Positions 51,141 through 63,798 of a stretch of DNA of 64,000 bases are shown here, piece by piece. Origin of the DNA: Macrostomum hystrix (Eukaryota; Animalia; Platyhelminthes); the NCBI GenBank assembly GCA_950097015.1, contig CATNEN010000001.1:16678001-16742000 (forward strand). Direction: 5' to 3'. The position numbers and the translations under genes were made by a program. The stretch's first letter is position 1. Every line of letters begins with the position of its first letter. Under the pieces are notes generated by a model, which saw only the letters and a list, made by a program, of their open reading frames with translations, had not been told where the DNA came from and searched no databases.

Positions 51141-54100
51141 TCACTGAAATTGTTGAGAAGAATCACTTGTAGACTGACATGAAAACATGCGAATCAGTGA
51201 TATTGCGAAGGCATTTGTAACATGTGAATCAGGGATATTGTGAAGACATTTGTAACATGTGAATCAGGGATATTGTGAAGACCTTGGTAGCTTGTGAATC
51301 AGGGATATTGTGAATACCTTGTTAGCTTGTGAATCAGGGATATTGTGAAGACATTTGTAACATGTGAATCAGGGATATTGTGAAGACCTTGGTAGCTTGT
51401 GAATCAGGGATATTGTGAAGACCTTGGTAGCTTGTGAATCGAGTATATTTTTAAGACGATGATGAGAAGCTGTGAAACGGGAAGACCCTGACATTATGAG
51501 AGTACATAGTAAATACATTTTATTACAAACAAAAGTGACTTACGCATTTTTCCTCGATGAGACCATCCTTAAACAGCAGAAAGTACGGTGTCAAGCCGTC
51601 TTCGCGGTAATCCATCAGCACCACCATGCCGTCGGGGTCCATGTGCTCGCCAGTGAAGAATTGCCAATTGCTGAAGTTGGCCAGGATGCGTTCTTTGACA
51701 ATCTTTTGAGCGCCAGCCTTGAAATCTTCAACTCGGCTAGGATTGGTCTCTTCCAGTTTCTTCTCAATGCGCTTCAGGTAGCCCTTCAGGTAAGCCAGGT
51801 AGCTCTTCTTGTCGAACTGAGTCTCAACCAGTTGGTGACTGTGGACAACGTTGATCTTGGTCTCGACAGCGTCATCGGTGCCTTCGGTAGCTTCCTCGGC
51901 CGAGGCGTTGCCACCGATCATGCGATCATCGATGGCGTTGTTAACGTTGATGCTCTTGCCTTCAATTTCTAGAACGATGCCATCGACCTCCTTGGTCGGA
52001 TAGGAGTCCGATGCCAACTCGTCACCTGGGGGGCGTGTTAAAGATCAAGTTTGCTATCGTAGTTTCGAAACGATATTACTAACGTTTTCTGATGACAAAT
52101 GTAGAAAATAAACAGAAAGTTTGAATATTAACAGAACTATATAACATTAATATAATATTAAACTCGAACTAATTTAGTCATTATAGTCTTTAGTTCGTGG
52201 ATCTAATGCTGTTGTTTCTAAAAATCCTGTGGAGGCCCATGGACTTGCTGGTACATAAGCAAATTTGTTTGATCGACTCGTTATCTGCCTCTAGTGCCAA
52301 TTCACTCATGAAAGATAAGCCACCGAGCACCAACCATGACAGCGTATCTCAAGGTGTTAGCTGCAACAAGCATTTCTGCCTTGGAACTGCTTCAGCCTGC
52401 TAAGACTGAAAAGGCAGTTGCACAAATGCCAAATTTACCGAGGCAAGAAGTCATCCAAGGATCAACACACCAACAAACCACAACTCAAATGCAGGTGTTT
52501 CATGTGACAACTGTACAGTGCACTTAGTGTGCACATGGTTGTAGGCTCTATAGATCAGGGAATACAATGTAATGGTGGAACATTGCTGTTGTTCCACTAA
52601 TTATTAGTGCAATCTGGAAATGGTAGCCATACAGATTGTGAGAAATTACTTGTCTGTACCCCTAAGTATAGCCTTTACTTTCAGGAAGCAGCAGATAACA
52701 ATATAGTGTTATTGTGTTATTATACAATAAAGAAAACAATGCACAGCATGTTTGGTCAACTAGTTTTGGCAGTCTGATAGGCCTAGATTAATTAATAGAC
52801 TCTGAAATCCTCTTAAGTCTTTATCATCTAGAGTTCTCTTGTATTTCTAATGTATAAGCTATACTATAATCAGTAGCTAAGCTAACTGATACAATATGTA
52901 AATCTGTTATTATTAAACAGCATTATTTAATTCTTTTTTTCATCCTAGTAGAACCTAGCCTTTGATCCAGGGTTGCCATGCATTTTGGTGCCTATGCATT
53001 TTGGTACAGTTAAAAGTTGTCACAGCTAAAATCAACCAACAAAAAATTTAATCAAATACTAAGACAGTAGTGAGCCTTGCACCCATTATACATATATATA
53101 ACAATTGTATATACAATTGTTAGAAATGACACACCTTACCTAGAAAACAAAACAACAAAATAACAACAAAGTAAAAGCTTAAGTAGGGTAATGTATCATC
53201 AACCAAACAGTGTATCTTCAAAACAGAACAAGAATTTTGACTCTTTCCTTGGTCTTGTGCAAGACAGAAACAAGCTATTGTATTTCACAGAACAACTATT
53301 TTGAATGTCAATGAAATTATTTACAAGCTAAGGCATGACATGCAATGAAGCATTAAAAGGAAAGAAAGATATGAATGTTTCAGTAGAAATTTTTATCACA
53401 AAAGCATACTTTTTAACAGCATTTTTTCAGGATGTACTTTAGACTATGATTGTATGTGGTTGCTTTCCAATTAAATTACCATAAATGTAGTTATTTATAG
53501 AGCATGAAAAATGCTTTCAAATGACATAATTCATGATAGATCACTCCTTAAAATAAGATTAAACCACTCACTCAAATTTTAAAACTGAACATCAAATTCT
53601 CTGTTTGGTTTGAAGATACATGAAAATCATTGTTTGGTTTTAGGTGAAAAACATGAATAACTTTTTTTCTATTTGACAAAATTGCAAAAGAAGATACTAT
53701 TTAGAAAGACAAAACAGTTTTCTATAACTTGGCTTTTGATTTATCATGATATCTTAAATAGAAAATCTGTAGCTTAGGTTTGAAGTTTAAAAAATGCATA
53801 TTCTTGTTCAATTGATGATACATTACCCTAAGTACCATTTGCATATATATATATATATAAATATATAAAAAATAGTTAGGTAGGTAGAAACCAGAATACA
53901 TGAAATGAACAATTAAATTAAAATGTTTTTCTGCTATGACAACAGAAAACTCAAACTCTACACTGGCCCTCGCTGCTCAGGGCCATACACTAGGATATGA
54001 GCTAACATTAACTCAAAGATAATATGATAAAATTTAAATAGCAGCAGCAACTCAGCTTGTTCTGTTAGCATAGTTTATATTTAGAGGGTGGGCCTACATG

Positions 54101-54776
54101 TACAGTGAGAAGAAGCAAGGATAGAGCAGAGAGAAGGATATGGGAGGCTTTACACAGGACCAGTTGTTTTTCATCCTGCATTGCAATTGCTGTTTCCATG
54201 GCATTCTCAGCCTCCTCATCATTTGTGTGGTTGCCTCCTAGTCAAGCTGTACTGTTTGGTAGGTATCTTTTCTCTTTTAAGTTGAAACAAAAAAAAACAA
54301 AAAAGAACCAAAAAACACAAGCATAGAAATGCCTGGCAACTGATTTAGGGTCTCGCCTAGGGGAGCATTCCCTAGGGTTAGCATCCCTATGCAAAACAAT
54401 AGTATAAGTAATTGTTTATTGGACATTTCAGCCTGTCAATTTTTGAACTGAGAGCCAAAAAATGTGACAAATAATATGCCTACTAAAAAACTTGCAAAGT
54501 TAGCTGTTTCTATTCTAGGAATCTATTTGAATGGTCTCCTAAATTAGCTAGCTTCTATTTGATAAGTAAATAACTAATTTGACCATAGATTGGCTAGTAA
54601 ATAAAGAAACTAAACTGAAGCCAGGCTTTTGCAGCCTAAAGCTTGAAGGCCAAAACTTGCTTAAAAACTAATGAAGTTATAAGAAGTGTTAGCTAAGAAG
54701 TGTCATTGCATCTATGCATCCAAAAAGGAGCCAGAAACTAAGGCATACCTGAAACTATATCCTTGTAGATAAGCAT
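51141..54776 (-). CDS. TPT1: Translationally controlled tumour protein (TCTP)
   Basis: Exon 1 54776-54749 (MLIYKDIVS/G), exon 2 52025-51544 (GDELASDSY...IGGNASAEE...FFTGEHMDPDGMVVLMDYREDGLTPYFLLFKDGLIEEKC), exon 3 starts with the TGA at 51143-51141 after a TTTCAG acceptor. Confidence 0.96.
51185..51440 (+). repeat. 35-bp minisatellite in the last TCTP intron (tgtgaatcagggatattgtgaagacatttgtaaca)
   Basis: Tandem copies of two variants. Confidence 0.92.
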
Positions 54777-57040
54777 TTTTGTCTACTAATAATTTGCAAG
54801 CCGAAATTACAGGTAACGCTCAACGCGACGCTTCACAAGACTACTCAGAGTGACTAATCAGTAAAGTCAAGAAGCGTAATTTCAGTTTGAATTTACATAG
54901 CCTTTGTTGAGTGTCAGAGCATAATAAAATAATATATATATAATACATGATATCTAGCCTTTAAAGATTTGCACTACTAGTTTTTTTAAGTCACCATTAC
55001 GCTGAAATGAACTGTTTCGTTTAAACCTTTGATTTCTGTGAAACAAGTTTACGCAGTGATTTAATATTACGCATGATTTTACAACTTAAAAGGTTCTTAT
55101 ATAATATTTACACATCAAAGCACAGTGCAGCAATCTAAAAAGAAGCGATCATTTAATCCAATCGTTTTCTTTCCTTACAGTTTTTTGCGACTTGTGTATT
55201 TCTTGAACTTTTATTCTATAAAATACTTAAGGTTTTCCAATCAACTTGTAACTTCAAGTGGGTCTAGTTGGCCATATAGATTCACAAGAAAACAGTGGGT
55301 TGTTGACTGATTATCTTTTTTAAGTTTCTAGCTTGCTTGCCTGTAGGCTGTAACTTAAAAAATGTATATGAGAATTGTCTAGTACTAGTTTGCTTATAGC
55401 TTTATGAAAATGAAAATTAAAAATACTCTTGATTTTTTACCTTCTTTTATGCAAAAATATGCTTTAGGCCTATTGCAAGAATGTAGTTGTTGCTGTCATT
55501 TGTCATCATTGTCATGGTGTAATAATCTTAGATAGGTCCCCATGGCTCTATTGAAGTTTAATATTATTTATTATTCACCTAGAATTTACCTGACCAAAAA
55601 CTCTTTAACCACTATTTCCCACTTAGTGTGGTATTATTATATTTTGGGGTCCTGGCAAAAGCATTTAGGCTAAAGGCCTTCTAATTATAAATATGCATAA
55701 TCTACTATAAGTACCCTTGGCCTTGACTCTATTGCAGTTTAATCCCATTTGTGTGCCATTCTCCCACAAATAAAACACCCAACAAAAAATTTCTTCAAAA
55801 AGTTCCAAATCCATTATGTGCCACAAAGTGTGGTTATCCTTTGATAGGGAAGCCATTCTATAGAAAGTGGTTATAGATGGAACAAAATGGTTTTCTTTTT
55901 GAACTCAGTACCCTAAAGATGTGTGTAGATGCCAATTTATACCCACTGGGACCTAACTCCGACATTTAACTTTAAACGGCCCGACACAAAGAAAGGGAAA
56001 TCGGGCTGATTTATTCCCAATTTTCATCTTGTTGGGGCGTCAGTGCCGTCGGGTCGATTTTGGGCAGATGAAAGTCGCAAACAAAAGATGAAAAATGGAT
56101 TGACAGTCATCTTCGTACAATTTTCATCGGTTTTTGTCGGAACCAAAAGTGAAAAATTGGCCTGAAAAAATCAACGAATCATTGATTTTTTCAAAAAACC
56201 GTAACAACAACTCGACTTTCACACAAAATAACTCCGACTTTCACCTGTGTAGAAATATGACGATGTATATCTGTCTGATATTCATCTGTACAAGTCGGAC
56301 TAACTGCTACGCGACTTTCACCCGATATTGAAGATCCGATTTTCACCAATTTTCATCTGCACAAGTCGGACTAACTGCTACGCGACTTTTACCAGATATT
56401 GAAGATCCAATTTTCACCGATTTTCATCTGCACAAGTCGGACTAACTGCTACGTGACTTTCACCCGACAATGATGGCTCGTAATAATGGAACAATGTTGG
56501 TCTCAATATATATTCACCAAAGTAAGAAACTAACAGTGTTTGACTCAAGATTTTGTGGTTTATAATTATAAAATTAAATATTGTAGCAAGTTTTAAAATA
56601 TAATTAAAGTTGACAGCTTAATTACTATATTATTTTTTACAGTACCATTAGTTTGAGAAATTATATTGGCGTTTACCTTTTAGTTTGTAAAAATTATAAC
56701 TTTGTTAAAAATTATTCGTTTGTATAAATTTTAGAAAAAATGCTGAAGTATGTTTAAAGTTTAATATGAATAATATGCATATGATATGGAAGTACGATAA
56801 AGTAGATAAAATTGTTATAAAACAGTTTTAAGTGACTCCTACCCTCTCCCAGATCAGGCAGGACCAGATTTGTCGGCCTTGTCCGCCGTTTTGTCGGCCT
56901 CGTCCGCAGTTTTGTTGGCCTCGTCTGCTGTTTTGTCGGCCTTGTTTGCAGGTTTGGCCGCTTTCGCTGACTGGTTAATGGCGTCGACGCATGCCGCGTA
57001 GGCCCGCTGAATTTCGGCGCGAGACACTTTGACACCGTTA

Positions 57041-58219
57041 TTATCCAGATGCTGGATAATGGAAGGTTATTCGTAAGTGAGACTTTAGGATAATAGTCCG
57101 GCTCATGAGTGCGCGCAGCGCACGAGTGAGCATAGGACTATTATCCTAAAGTCTCACTTACGAATAACCGCATTGTCGAATTTCAGTGGGGCCATAGACA
57201 AAAAGGGCATCGAAAGGAGAGAGGGGTTACCGAGGAGAGACAGACAAAAAGACTGACGTGGTTTACTGGAGTTTGGGCCATAGACAACGAAGTTGCAAAC
57301 AGGCCGGGGCTTAAGAGGGTGGAAAGGAAAAGAGAGAAAGGAGAGAATAAAACGTAAATAGCTACAATCGCTTGACCATGGAGAACCGGACGTCATATCC
57401 GATTAACTGGGGCAATCTGCCTGTCGAAAGTTTAGCCAACGTATCTAGTAGCGAACTCAATTGGATCTCAAGACTTTCCACATCTCAGAAGGACATGAAG
57501 GATAACGAAGACTTCTTGAACTTCTTGCACATTATTGAGAGCGGTGATACTGATACCGATCAATCTGATGATTTGCCTCTGCTACCGGCCGAGGATGATG
57601 CTGCAGCTGAAGAGGATGGAGAGAATGAAACTGAGCCGAAACTAGTTCCTTTGGATATGCAAGAGGCAATGACGAAAGATGAAATAGTGAGCCTACCAAC
57701 CAAGACGCGTGAGCAGATGATTGCTCATGGTAACAGTTTTGTGCAGTTCCTTCGGGAACATGGAGCTGCTGTTCACGAATTGAGTCGTGTTGAGATGTGT
57801 GAGTTTCTTAGGTATTACTACTACCAATTACGTCGCCATGATGGCGGTCCATACTCGCCTGCATCCACGGTCAAGTAACAATGCCTGCTGACATCAGCAT
57901 CCAGAGCTCCATCGTGCAAGAAGCAGTGAGCGTGTCTGATGGTCGTCAGATGAACGGTCGGAGTATCTTTATTATGAACAACTGCACTTTCAACAATTGC
58001 AATCTGTAATGGTCTTGGGCACTATATTGACAATTGCGCCATATTGATACTGCACTATTAACTTTCCATAGCGCTCTTTTGTTGTTGGTGTTTGCTGTTT
58101 TGTTCTAAAAATAGGCATCCATTATCCCGAGTTCGAAATCATTATCCTGAAGTTTAAGTGAAGAAATAAATGGAATGTGCTCATGCTTTAACCATAGACG
58201 ATTACATTATCCTAAAGAC
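57041..58219 (+). mobile_element. Crypton-like (tyrosine recombinase) element, internally deleted, nested in the EnSpm element
   Basis: About 105-bp palindrome at 57065-57169, ATTATCC motifs at both ends, and ORF 57372-57878 resembling the Crypton/DUF3504-associated core-binding region. Confidence 0.7.
57378..57878 (+). pseudogene. Crypton-type recombinase N-terminal fragment (catalytic domain deleted)
   Basis: KTREQ...SFVQFL...MCEFLRYYYYQLRRHDGGPYSPAS resembles the L..FY...R..DG..Y...S motif of CryptonA/KCTD1/ZMYM proteins. A C-terminal remnant MNNCTFNNCNL lies at about 57974-58009. Confidence 0.68.
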
Positions 58220-59517
58220 TGATTTTTGACAATGACGTCAATTCTGGTGCGGTCCGCCGCCACTCGCGTGTTCTCCCTGGAGCTACGGCCGGTAAATGAT
58301 GTGTCTTCCAGCTCTGTTTTTTTCAAAAAGAGCGCGAATACAAAATTGGAGCAGGCTCCCGACACGTTTCGACAGCTTGTCAATGTCTTGGCAGCGCTTC
58401 AACTGCTCAATTTGTGTTAGGATTGACGCACGATCCATAGCTTGCACCTGTATGTATTGTGATCGTCCGAAAAGGTGGGGCATAATAAATCTGTACATTG
58501 TAACTTGTATATTGTCTGTGAAACAATATTAGATTTCGGATAATAAGAATAACGACGGAATCAAATGATTCATGCGTCATTACCTTCTGGGTCGGAAATT
58601 CCTCAGAGAGTGGAACGTAAATGCGATCACAGCCGGACTTCGACCGGCCAGCGGATTTTAGCTGACGTGTAACGTCTAGCGGCGCAACACTTTCAGAGGC
58701 ACAATCCTCGTCGTCGGCGTCGGCCGCAGAAGTGATTGCGGCAGCGACTGATAAAAGAGCGCGTCGCCTGACCTGCGCGGCATAAACCATGGCTTCAGTT
58801 AACTGCTCCTGCAGCCGCGTGGTAGATTCGCGAAGAGCTGCTACTTCATCAGCCCTGTTGTCCAGCAGTTTTAACAGCTCAACACGCTCCTGACGAAGGG
58901 CCATTAGTTCGGTTTTACAAGTTTTCTGTTGCTCGTCCTTTCTGGAGCATTCAGGGCAGCTATCGACATTTGTTGGCAGCGATGTCGTGGGTGGAGGATC
59001 TGCCTCTGATTCCACACTTTGGCAGAGTTTCAGAAATTTCCTGCCCTGCTCCATAGAAGCAAACGGGCCCTTGATAATTGTGGCCGGATGCCGAGCAGCA
59101 CTTTGTTTATTTCTCTTGGCCAAAACAACTTCCACCTGTTGGCCAACAGTGCGGACGTAGCCGTCGTCCAAGTCGACACCCTCGTCTAAAACGTCTACGT
59201 CATTAACGAGGGCGCACTGCTTCTTGCCCAGTTTAAACTGTACCAACCAAATAATCTCAGCTGCTTTGGGCGGCATTTTTTAGGCTAATTGGCCCTTAAG
59301 TCTGTAACAATTGGTGTGGGTAATTTAGGTTTATCGCAAATAATAGAATTAACTGGGATATATTCGGAGTGGAGTTATACAGAAAACTATGTAGATAAAC
59401 AGATAGATAGATAGATAGTACAAACAGTACGGAATGGCGGCGCATCGTCGCAGTCTAAGTTGGCATTTGAACTGTTGTGCATACTATAGGTACGCGTCTA
59501 ATTATGAATATAGGTGT

Positions 59518-60231
59518 CTATACTGAGAAAATGGGACAGGGAAAAGTGACGTGGCGCAGCAGCCCATTTTGATCAATCATAACACGTAGCTGGGGGCGAA
59601 CATCAAGCACCCAAAATTTCACGAGGTGCGCCTGGCATTGCTCACAGCGCGCGCCAGCTGGTGCTTCTCCGATGTGACTCAAACTGCAGGAGCAGCACAC
59701 GGAGTGGCAAGTCGCATTTTTAGGTCGAAAGCAACCCTTTGTAGGCGCAATTCCCAGTGCCTTGTCGAGCTGCTTTATTGTGCGGGGAGCATTGTTGCCC
59801 CTTGGCAAAAGTCTTTGAATCAATTGGAGTAGCAAAGTTGTCGACTTTCGGCGTAGCTTGCTTTTTCTACGAAAGGCCTCGATTGCTGCAGCTGCTTTAC
59901 TAACAGTTATTGATGCTCCACCAAATAAAAGGTGATCTTGACGAGTCGGTGGTGAATCAGCGGGACCGCCGCTGGCACCGGAAGGCGAAGCCCCGTTGGC
60001 CTGAGAATTCTGCAGCGGCTCCTCTGATGCTGGCGAATCAGCGGGACCGCCGCTGGCACTGGAAGGCGAAGCCCCGTCGGCCTGAGAATTCTGCAGCGGC
60101 TCCTCCGATGCTGGCGAATCAGCGGGACCGCCGCTGGCACCGGAAGGCAATGCTTCGTTGCGTCATTGTTTTTTTATTTCTTTCTGGCGCTGCCTCCACT
60201 CCTGTTGCCGCTTTCTATTGGACTTCGGCAT
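59518..60231 (-). pseudogene. Truncated EnSpm/Tnp2-type transposase N-terminus
   Basis: LLLQLIQRLLPRGNNAPRTIKQL...CCSC...CEQC...FWVLDVRPQL matches the LL..LLP..N.LP, Cys-cluster and QL pattern of CACTA transposases. There is an in-frame TGA after the ATG at 60231, and no catalytic domain follows. Confidence 0.72.
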
Positions 60232-61585
60232 TTTGAGTAAAGACGTGCGTCGAACACAGCTGCGGGAGGGATTTACAACTCAAATTATTGCTTCAGCAAT
60301 GAGAATAAAGTTAACTAAAGTAATTAAAGAAATTAAGCTGCTAAGAAATTATCCGAAAATCAATGAGATGTCTGATCTGACTATTGATAGATATGACTCG
60401 ACATATGATAGACACGAACTAAATTTTGATATACAATGCTGCTTAAACACAAAATATCATACGGACAGGAAAAACAGGATAAAGGAAAATGGACACTAAG
60501 AGTGAAACTAAAGCCCAAAACATAAACACAGTGATTGCAGATGCACACTGAATTTTAATATTTTTAGGCATCAGTATATTTGATATGAACACAATTTTAT
60601 GTCAATTTTAATGTAGGCATGTACTAGTGCATAATATTACATAAGGCATGTAATACAAAGAGCCACCGACAATGTAGACTGGCATAATTAAGCGGGTGGT
60701 GGAAGAGCCAGATCAAGCGACAGGGGATGGATGACTATGACGCTCTTCAATCAGCAGACGGCGCCCAGACGCAGCGCCGCAGCATCTTATAGCACTTTAT
60801 CCAAGTAAGATGAAAATCGGGTAAATGTCGGTGAAAAATCGTGCCAAAACAATTCAGACTTTAGTCTGCTTTTATCGGCCCAAAAAACGAGCAAAAGTCG
60901 GGGAGAAATCGTGTATATTTCAGTCCGATAATCAAATCGTATAAAAATCGTGTGAAAATCGGGTTGATAATGATCAGACAGTTTGCAAGATGTCGGAGTT
61001 GGGTCCCAGCGGGTATGCCTACTAAAACTGGAACTACATTATGGAATTAATGTTCAAGAAGCCCAAAAGTTTTCGCCTTGCTAAATAATATTTTTCATAG
61101 ATAGTAAAGAACTAATAAAAACCATCATCATAAAATATATGAACTATGTTTATGAATATGTCACAATATTAACTTTGAGTATTAAAACTAGTAAGTCACT
61201 ATTTAAAATTTTTTGTTAACTTTGTATCTTTTTTTCCTGTTTTACACTTAAACTTATCTTAGCTAGCCAATTTTAATTAGTAATTGCTTTTTTCTGGTAA
61301 TTTGATATTGTAGGTGTCTTGTACAATATGTGAGATTGTTCTGTAAGCCCATTACATTTTAATGATAATTGTAACTTCTATATTTAAATTTTAGGAGATG
61401 TAGATATACCCTTGTTGCTAAAATATTCCAGGTGTGACTTTGTTTTTGGCATGCTATATACTATATTTTTCAGACTATGGTACCTATATGATCATATCAA
61501 AGCTGACAGTTAGATTGTATTATACAAACTTTAATATGATAAGCTGGTCCAATAAAATATGACATTCTTTTCAGTACCAACAGGA

Positions 61586-63798
61586 ATGGTGTTAAGCAAT
61601 CCAATATTGAGTCTAGCTGTGATAATATGGCATCTAATTATCTGCTGTCCATCTAACACTCAACAATCTGTGCTTCATTTCAAATGGGCACAATCATCTG
61701 TAACACCTGCTGTTGCCTTCAAAATAAAGAACTTCTCGAGTCAGATTGATCACTTCTCATTCGATCCCAAACTGGACAGCTTTTCAATTCGCTACTTAAT
61801 TAATGATACATTCTATAGACCAGGCTCACCTATATTGTTCTACACTGGCAATGAGGGTCGAATTGAAGCGTTCGCTAATAACACTCTTATCATGTGGCAG
61901 ATGGCTCCTGTGCTGAATGCTGCATTAATCTTTGTTGAGCATCGTTACTATGGGATCAGTATGCCATTTGGTAATCAATCAATGGACAATGCGTCAACAT
62001 TGGCCTATCTAACAGCCGAACAAGCGCTGGCTGATTTCGCATTCTTTCTTAGCAATCTAAAAAACATTGAGCCTAAACTCGCTGTTAAACGATCGCCAGT
62101 GATTGCTATTGGTGGCTCCTATGGCGGTATGCTGGCTGCTTGGATGCGACACAAATATCCACATTTGGTGCAGGGCGCCCTTGCCTCATCGGCTCCTGTG
62201 CAACAATTCATCAACGTTACTAGCTGCTTTGCATTCTCCGCAGCTGTTACAAATGCTTTCGCTAGGGCTTCGCCAAAGTGCTCAGTGAGTAGCTCTAGGG
62301 TGCTTGTTGTTATAAGAGTCAGAAAGTGTGGTAAATGCATTTTTACGGTGCTGGGAACATCAAAGATTGTTCTAGGACGCGTAAATAGAAGCGGCTGTTC
62401 TTGTGGGGCGCTCAGAAATGGGGTGGCTGTCCTATGGTGGGATAGGAAATGGGGTGGCTGTTCTATGGTGGGATAGGAAATGGGGTGGCTGTTCTATGGT
62501 GGGATAGGAAATGGGGTGTGCGTGTGCCTTTTCTAGGATGAGAAATGGGGTGGCTGTTCTATGGTGTGATAAGAACTGGGGTGGCTGTTCTAGGATGAGA
62601 TAAGAAATGGGTAGGCTGTTATAGGGTGTGATAAGAAATTGGGTGGCTGTTCTAGGATGAGATAAGAACTGGGGTGGCTGTTCTAGGATGAGATAAGAAA
62701 TGGGTAGGCTGTTATAGGGTGTGATAAGAAATTGGGTGGCTGTTCTAGGATGAGATAAGAAATGGGGCTATTTTTGGGTGTGATCTTAATGGGGTGGCCG
62801 TTCTAGTCTAAGGTTCTGTTTTGGCTGAGAATTGCGTGGCTGTTCTAGCGTTCTATGTGGCAGAAAATGGGGTGGCTGTTCTTGGGGGAAGAAAAAATGG
62901 GGTTGGTGGTGTTTAATGGCCAATCAACGCCCTCCCACCCGGCCAGGCGAACATCCGCAAGTCGTGGGACGCCATGGACCGCCTGTCGGCCTCAGGCCAA
63001 TCCGGACTCTCCCGCCTGTCCACAATATTCTCCACCTGTGCTCCTCTGGCCAACCAGACTGACGTGGCTGTTCTGAAAGCTTGGATCAATGGAGCCTACG
63101 TCACGGTTGCAATGGTGAATTATCCCTATCCGGCTAATTTCCTGCTTCCCCTACCTGGTTGGCCAGTGTCGGCCATGTGTCGGTCAATCTCGCCCGCCGG
63201 TGCCGATGTCAATGACGATGTCAGCCTGCTGACAGGCATAGCTTCAGCACTAAACCAGTCCTACTACAACTACACCGGCGATGTTGCCTGCCTGAACCTG
63301 ACTGCAGATCCCAGCTCGGTTACTCTGGACGATCGCGGCTGGTCTGTACAGTCCTGCAACGAGATGATCATGCCGGACTCGTGCTCAAATGGCATAACTG
63401 ACATGTTCCCACCTACTGATGATTTCAACCTCACAGCCTACACTGAGGGCTGCCTTGCTCAGTTCGGTGTGAGGCCGAGACCCAACTGGGTGATGACCCA
63501 GTTCTCAGGTGCCATTGACCCCATCGCCTGTTCCAACATATTCTACACCAATGGCGACCTAGATCCCTGGGCTCCGGGTGGAGTTTTGAAATCTCCCAAT
63601 GCCGACTGTCCGGCTGTGCTGATGAAAGATGCGGCGCATCATTTGGATCTGCGATCGGCCGACAACAGAGACCCGCCGGATGTGACTCGAGTGCGCAAAC
63701 TACAATGGGACTCTGTGCGGAAATGGTGCAACCAGTTTGCTTATAGTGCACAGCCGAAATCTCTGCTGGACCTTGACCGAGGGCGTGGCATTCTATAA
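61586..63798 (+). CDS. PRCP: Lysosomal Pro-X carboxypeptidase-like serine peptidase (family S28)
   Basis: Exons about 61586-62284 (alternative ATG at 61559) and 62947-63798. Signal peptide, FYTGNEG, EHRYYG, QALADF, nucleophile GGSYGG, NGDLDPW and AHHLDLR. DPP7 is the alternative S28 paralogue. Confidence 0.9.
62405..62912 (+). repeat. About 30-bp G-rich minisatellite in the PRCP intron (gggtggctgttctaggatgagataagaaat)
   Basis: Degenerate tandem copies. Confidence 0.88.

Larger units (their letters stand above)
56854..59276 (-). pseudogene. Transposon accessory gene: coiled-coil plus BEN-domain-like C-terminus, disrupted
   Basis: Exon 59276-58584, intron 58583-58448, then an exon from 58447 with a +1 frameshift in the T7 run (58317-58323), giving IRALFEKTELEDTSFTGRSSRENTRVAADRTRIDVIV. 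It continues after the Crypton insert as GVKVSRAEIQRAYAACVDAINQSAK...stop at 56854. Confidence 0.6.
55942..61013 (-). mobile_element. CMC/EnSpm (CACTA-like) DNA transposon, internally deleted
   Basis: TIRs ta|CCCACTGGGACCTAACTCCGACAT and ATGTCGGAGTTGGGTCCCAGCGGG|ta with a 2-bp TA duplication. Subterminal ccgat/atcgg-rich motifs and three roughly 71-bp repeats at 56280-56470. Contains a transposase fragment and an accessory gene. Confidence 0.85.

Noticed and set aside
51472-51972. 166-aa plus-strand ORF
   Set aside because: It is the antisense shadow of TCTP exon 2.
52180-52560. Decayed LINE 3' fragment (similarly 15330-15600)
   Set aside because: The composition is suggestive, but no RT or endonuclease motif could be read.
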